The position numbers and the translations under genes were made by a program. A stretch of DNA of 30,685 bases from a bacterium (lineage in GTDB: Bacteria > Zhuqueibacterota > Zhuqueibacteria > Oceanimicrobiales > Oceanimicrobiaceae): assembly GCA_046756745.1 (NCBI GenBank), contig JBHHWX010000008.1, forward strand, positions 1 to 30,685. Direction: 5' to 3'. Position 1 is the stretch's first letter. Each line of letters begins with the position of its first letter. Positions 28,942 to 30,685 of the stretch are shown piece after piece. The notes under the pieces were generated by a model. The model did not search any database. It saw only the letters and a program-made list of their open reading frames with translations, and was not told the origin of the DNA.

Positions 28942-29219
28942 AAGAATATATCGACTTTCTACAAAAAAATGAATTTAATATTCAAGGAGTTTATATATTT
29001 GGTTCCATAGCAAAGGGCCATTTTAATGAGGATAGCGATATCGACTTAGCGATCATAATAAAAAATCTCAAAAATGGGTTTACTATGCAAGGTGAATTGA
29101 TGAAATTGAGAAGACGATTTGATTTACGCATCGAACCCCATCCATTTGATGAAATGGATTTTAATGATTCAAATCCTTTTGCAAATGAAATTATGAATAC
29201 CGGGATTAAAGTTTTGTAG
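28911..29219 (+). CDS. Minimal nucleotidyltransferase (MNT, Pol-beta superfamily)
   Basis: 'GVYIFGSIAKGHFNEDSDIDLAII' matches the GS-x(9-13)-DxD nucleotidyltransferase motif. 102 aa. Confidence 0.75.
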   Translation: MDKKTALRIVKEYIDFLQKNEFNIQGVYIFGSIAKGHFNEDSDIDLAIIIKNLKNGFTMQGELMKLRRRFDLRIEPHPFDEMDFNDSNPFANEIMNTGIKVL

Positions 29220-29468
29220 GCAAGAAGAATCTAAGATAAAGAACAGAGAAGGAGCTGAAAGAAACATCATTGCTGGAGCAAGGAAGACGAAAACTGAAGG
29301 GCCTGCAAGAGTTTTACTGAGAGTAGCGGCTAAGCATCCTCCGGCGGTGCTCGATGCGATGCATAACCAGTAATATGAAGGGAATACAAAGTCTCCGGCG
29401 CCAAGCCCCAACTCATTCATTCGTCCCCAAAACAACAGAAAATAATTTGACATTGACCTAACCAGGTG

Positions 29469-29630
29469 CTAACTGGTTGAAAAAGCTTCTTGAACGCCGG
29501 TGTCCCTCGGCGAGACGCCTTCGGGAACCCCTGGCTGCAGGTCGCCGGCGAACAGATTTCTCACCAGCTCGCCTTTGACGTTGTAAATCGTCAGAAACAC
29601 ATCCGCGCTTTTGTGCAGGGTAAAATCGAT
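29469..29630 (-). pseudogene. Fragment of a T9SS C-terminal sorting domain fused to repeat copy C
   Basis: Minus-strand translation '...IDFTLHKSADVFLTIYNVKGELVRNLFAGDLQPG' then an unrelated 'VPEGVSPRDTGVQEAFSTS*'. 29523-29577 is identical to 30631-30685. Confidence 0.5.
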
Positions 29631-29648
29631 TGGATTTAAACAATGTAC

Positions 29649-29677
29649 TTGACATTCACACGGAGAAAATCTATATT
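29649..29677 (+). promoter_or_regulatory. Canonical sigma70-type promoter (TTGACA, 17 nt, TATATT) upstream of the antitoxin gene, followed by TAGTC direct repeats
   Basis: Hexamers at 29649-29654 and 29672-29677, read directly. 'atTAGTCgTAGTCataacTATAGTCa' lies between the promoter and the RBS as a likely autoregulatory operator. Confidence 0.5.
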
Positions 29678-29717
29678 AGTCGTAGTCATAACTATAGTCA
29701 AGCTATCGGAGACATTT

Positions 29718-29945
29718 ATGAAAACGGTTTCAAAAGGTGTTTTAAAAGCCAAAATGCTCGAGTACTTCAGATATGTCGAGCAAACGGGTGAGGAGCTCAT
29801 TGTGACGAATAATAATGTGCCGACTTTAAAAGTGCTGCCGATAAAACAGAAGAAAAAAGTGGAAGATGTTTTTTCAGATCTTCGGGGGAAAGTCCGGATA
29901 AATGATTCGATAATGGAACCGGAGACTGGCGAGTGGGGGGTGTAG
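29718..29945 (+). CDS. Phd/YefM-like type II antitoxin
   Basis: 'MKTVSKGVLKAKMLEYFRYVEQTGEELIVTNNNVPTLKVLPI', about 75 aa, GGAGA RBS. Overlaps the downstream PIN-domain gene by 13 nt. The track ORF starts further upstream at 29643. Confidence 0.6.
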   Translation: MKTVSKGVLKAKMLEYFRYVEQTGEELIVTNNNVPTLKVLPIKQKKKVEDVFSDLRGKVRINDSIMEPETGEWGV

Positions 29946-30334
29946 TTTTGGTACTGCTGGATACGTGCGCATTGCTCTGGTGGACGCTTGACCCAGATCG
30001 CTTGTCAGAGAAGGCCCGGCAAGTATGCGATAGCATCCACCAGGAGGGCGCTTTTATATCGTCCGTCTCAGTGTGGGAAATTGGGATAAAGATGCAAAAA
30101 GGCTTACTGGAAATCGGTGAGAGCTTGTCCGGATATGTAAGCCGCCTTAAATCTTTAAGCTGCGTGGAAATTATCGCCGTGGATGAAGAAATTTGGATTC
30201 AGAATATTCTTATAGAATGGCAAAACCGGGATCCTGCTGACAGAACGATTGTTGCTACCGCACTCATTAGAGACCTGCCAATCATGACAAAAGACCAAAT
30301 AATTTTGGACTATTATTCAAAAACTATCTGGTAG
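29933..30334 (+). CDS. vapC: PIN-domain VapC-like toxin
   Basis: 'LLDTCALLWW', later acidic residues ('AVDEEIW', 'RDPADRTIVATA'), about 130 aa. Overlap with the upstream antitoxin is typical of toxin-antitoxin pairs. Confidence 0.75.
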   Translation: MGGVVLVLLDTCALLWWTLDPDRLSEKARQVCDSIHQEGAFISSVSVWEIGIKMQKGLLEIGESLSGYVSRLKSLSCVEIIAVDEEIWIQNILIEWQNRDPADRTIVATALIRDLPIMTKDQIILDYYSKTIW

Positions 30335-30461
30335 TCTAGCCTTCCCCTCACCCCGTTCCCACTGGCGTCCCCACCTGTTGGGTCAGCGAAATTATACTAA
30401 TTGGATAAGAATGTCTAAAACAAATGGATGATGGGATTTCTGCTACCCTGAGTAACCAGTG

Positions 30462-30494
30462 AGACGGTAACCATCTTAAAGAAGGTCACCGTCT
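30462..30494 (-). terminator. Hairpin AGACGGTaACC ... GGTcACCGTCT just downstream of the T9SS-protein stop
   Basis: 11-bp stem with one mismatch, read directly. Confidence 0.4.
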
Positions 30495-30503
30495 TCCCGG
30501 GGC

Positions 30504-30685
30504 CTACTTTACCAGCAGCAGTTTCTTTGCCGCCTGCCAGTCCCCGATACGGATTTTGTAAATATACAGTCCCGTGGTCACGACCCGGCCGCGTTCGTCG
30601 AGACCGTTCCAGAGAGAGGAGTACACCCCCGGCTGCAGGTCGCCGGCGAACAGATTTCTCACCAGCTCGCCTTTGACGTTGTAAA
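30504..30685 (-). CDS. C-terminus of a T9SS (Por)-sorted secreted protein, partial; the gene continues beyond the window end
   Basis: Minus-strand translation 'YNVKGELVRNLFAGDLQPGVYSSLWNGLDERGRVVTTGLYIYKIRIGDWQAAKKLLLVK*' matches the T9SS type-A C-terminal sorting domain (FlgD-Ig-like). No start codon in the window, so it is absent from the ORF track. Confidence 0.7.
   Translation of the reverse strand, partial: YNVKGELVRNLFAGDLQPGVYSSLWNGLDERGRVVTTGLYIYKIRIGDWQAAKKLLLVK

Noticed and set aside
29169-29453. 94-aa minus-strand ORF (MSNYFLLFWGRMNELGLGAGD...) overlapping the 3' end of the MNT gene
   Set aside because: Hydrophobic N-terminus but no family match. It runs into and terminates inside the MNT gene, so it is probably a remnant or chance frame in this recombined region. 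Too weak to call.
30478-30490. 13-nt identity (AAAGAAGGTCACC) between the T9SS-gene terminator hairpin and the ahcY-leader inverted-repeat arm (12781-12793)
   Set aside because: Short and embedded in otherwise unrelated contexts; most likely coincidence.

Overview
About 30.7 kb of bacterial chromosome, mostly ordinary housekeeping genes with a mosaic accessory tail after about 26.6 kb. A Por/T9SS-type C-terminal sorting domain (window end and a fragment near 29.5 kb) suggests an FCB-superphylum-like organism; this is inference. Plus-strand genes: glutamate synthase large subunit (247-4710), an SPFH/stomatin-like membrane protein, a retropepsin-like DTGAT aspartic protease followed by a PQQ-type sugar-dehydrogenase lipoprotein, and a TonB-dependent receptor N-terminal fragment that runs straight into an N-terminally truncated M20 peptidase homologue. 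Minus-strand genes: an ArsR-family regulator, the methionine-cycle pair ahcY and metK, a long operon-like block (polyprenyl synthetase, mannose-family PTS IIC and IID, HPr, Enzyme I, SIS-domain PGI/PMI), a MacAB-TolC-like efflux set (Yip1-family protein, TolC, HlyD adaptor, ABC ATPase, two FtsX-type permeases), and a partial T9SS-sorted protein at the window end. The tail (26.6-30.7 kb) carries an intact HEPN-MNT pair, two decayed remnants of the same cassette, a Phd/VapC toxin-antitoxin pair, a duplicated T9SS C-terminal-domain fragment and three copies of an unclassified repeat of about 110 bp. Other structure not explained by the genes: a 32-bp perfect direct repeat flanking a 15-bp terminal-inverted-repeat element at an FtsX 3' end; a 14-nt motif shared by the metK and ahcY leaders, each of which also has a long-range inverted repeat; a 17-bp GGA-rich tandem repeat between TolC and HlyD; several nested-hairpin intergenic regions. 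No tRNA, rRNA or CRISPR array was seen. All coordinates and family calls are by eye from the sequence and the ORF track; no database search was run.
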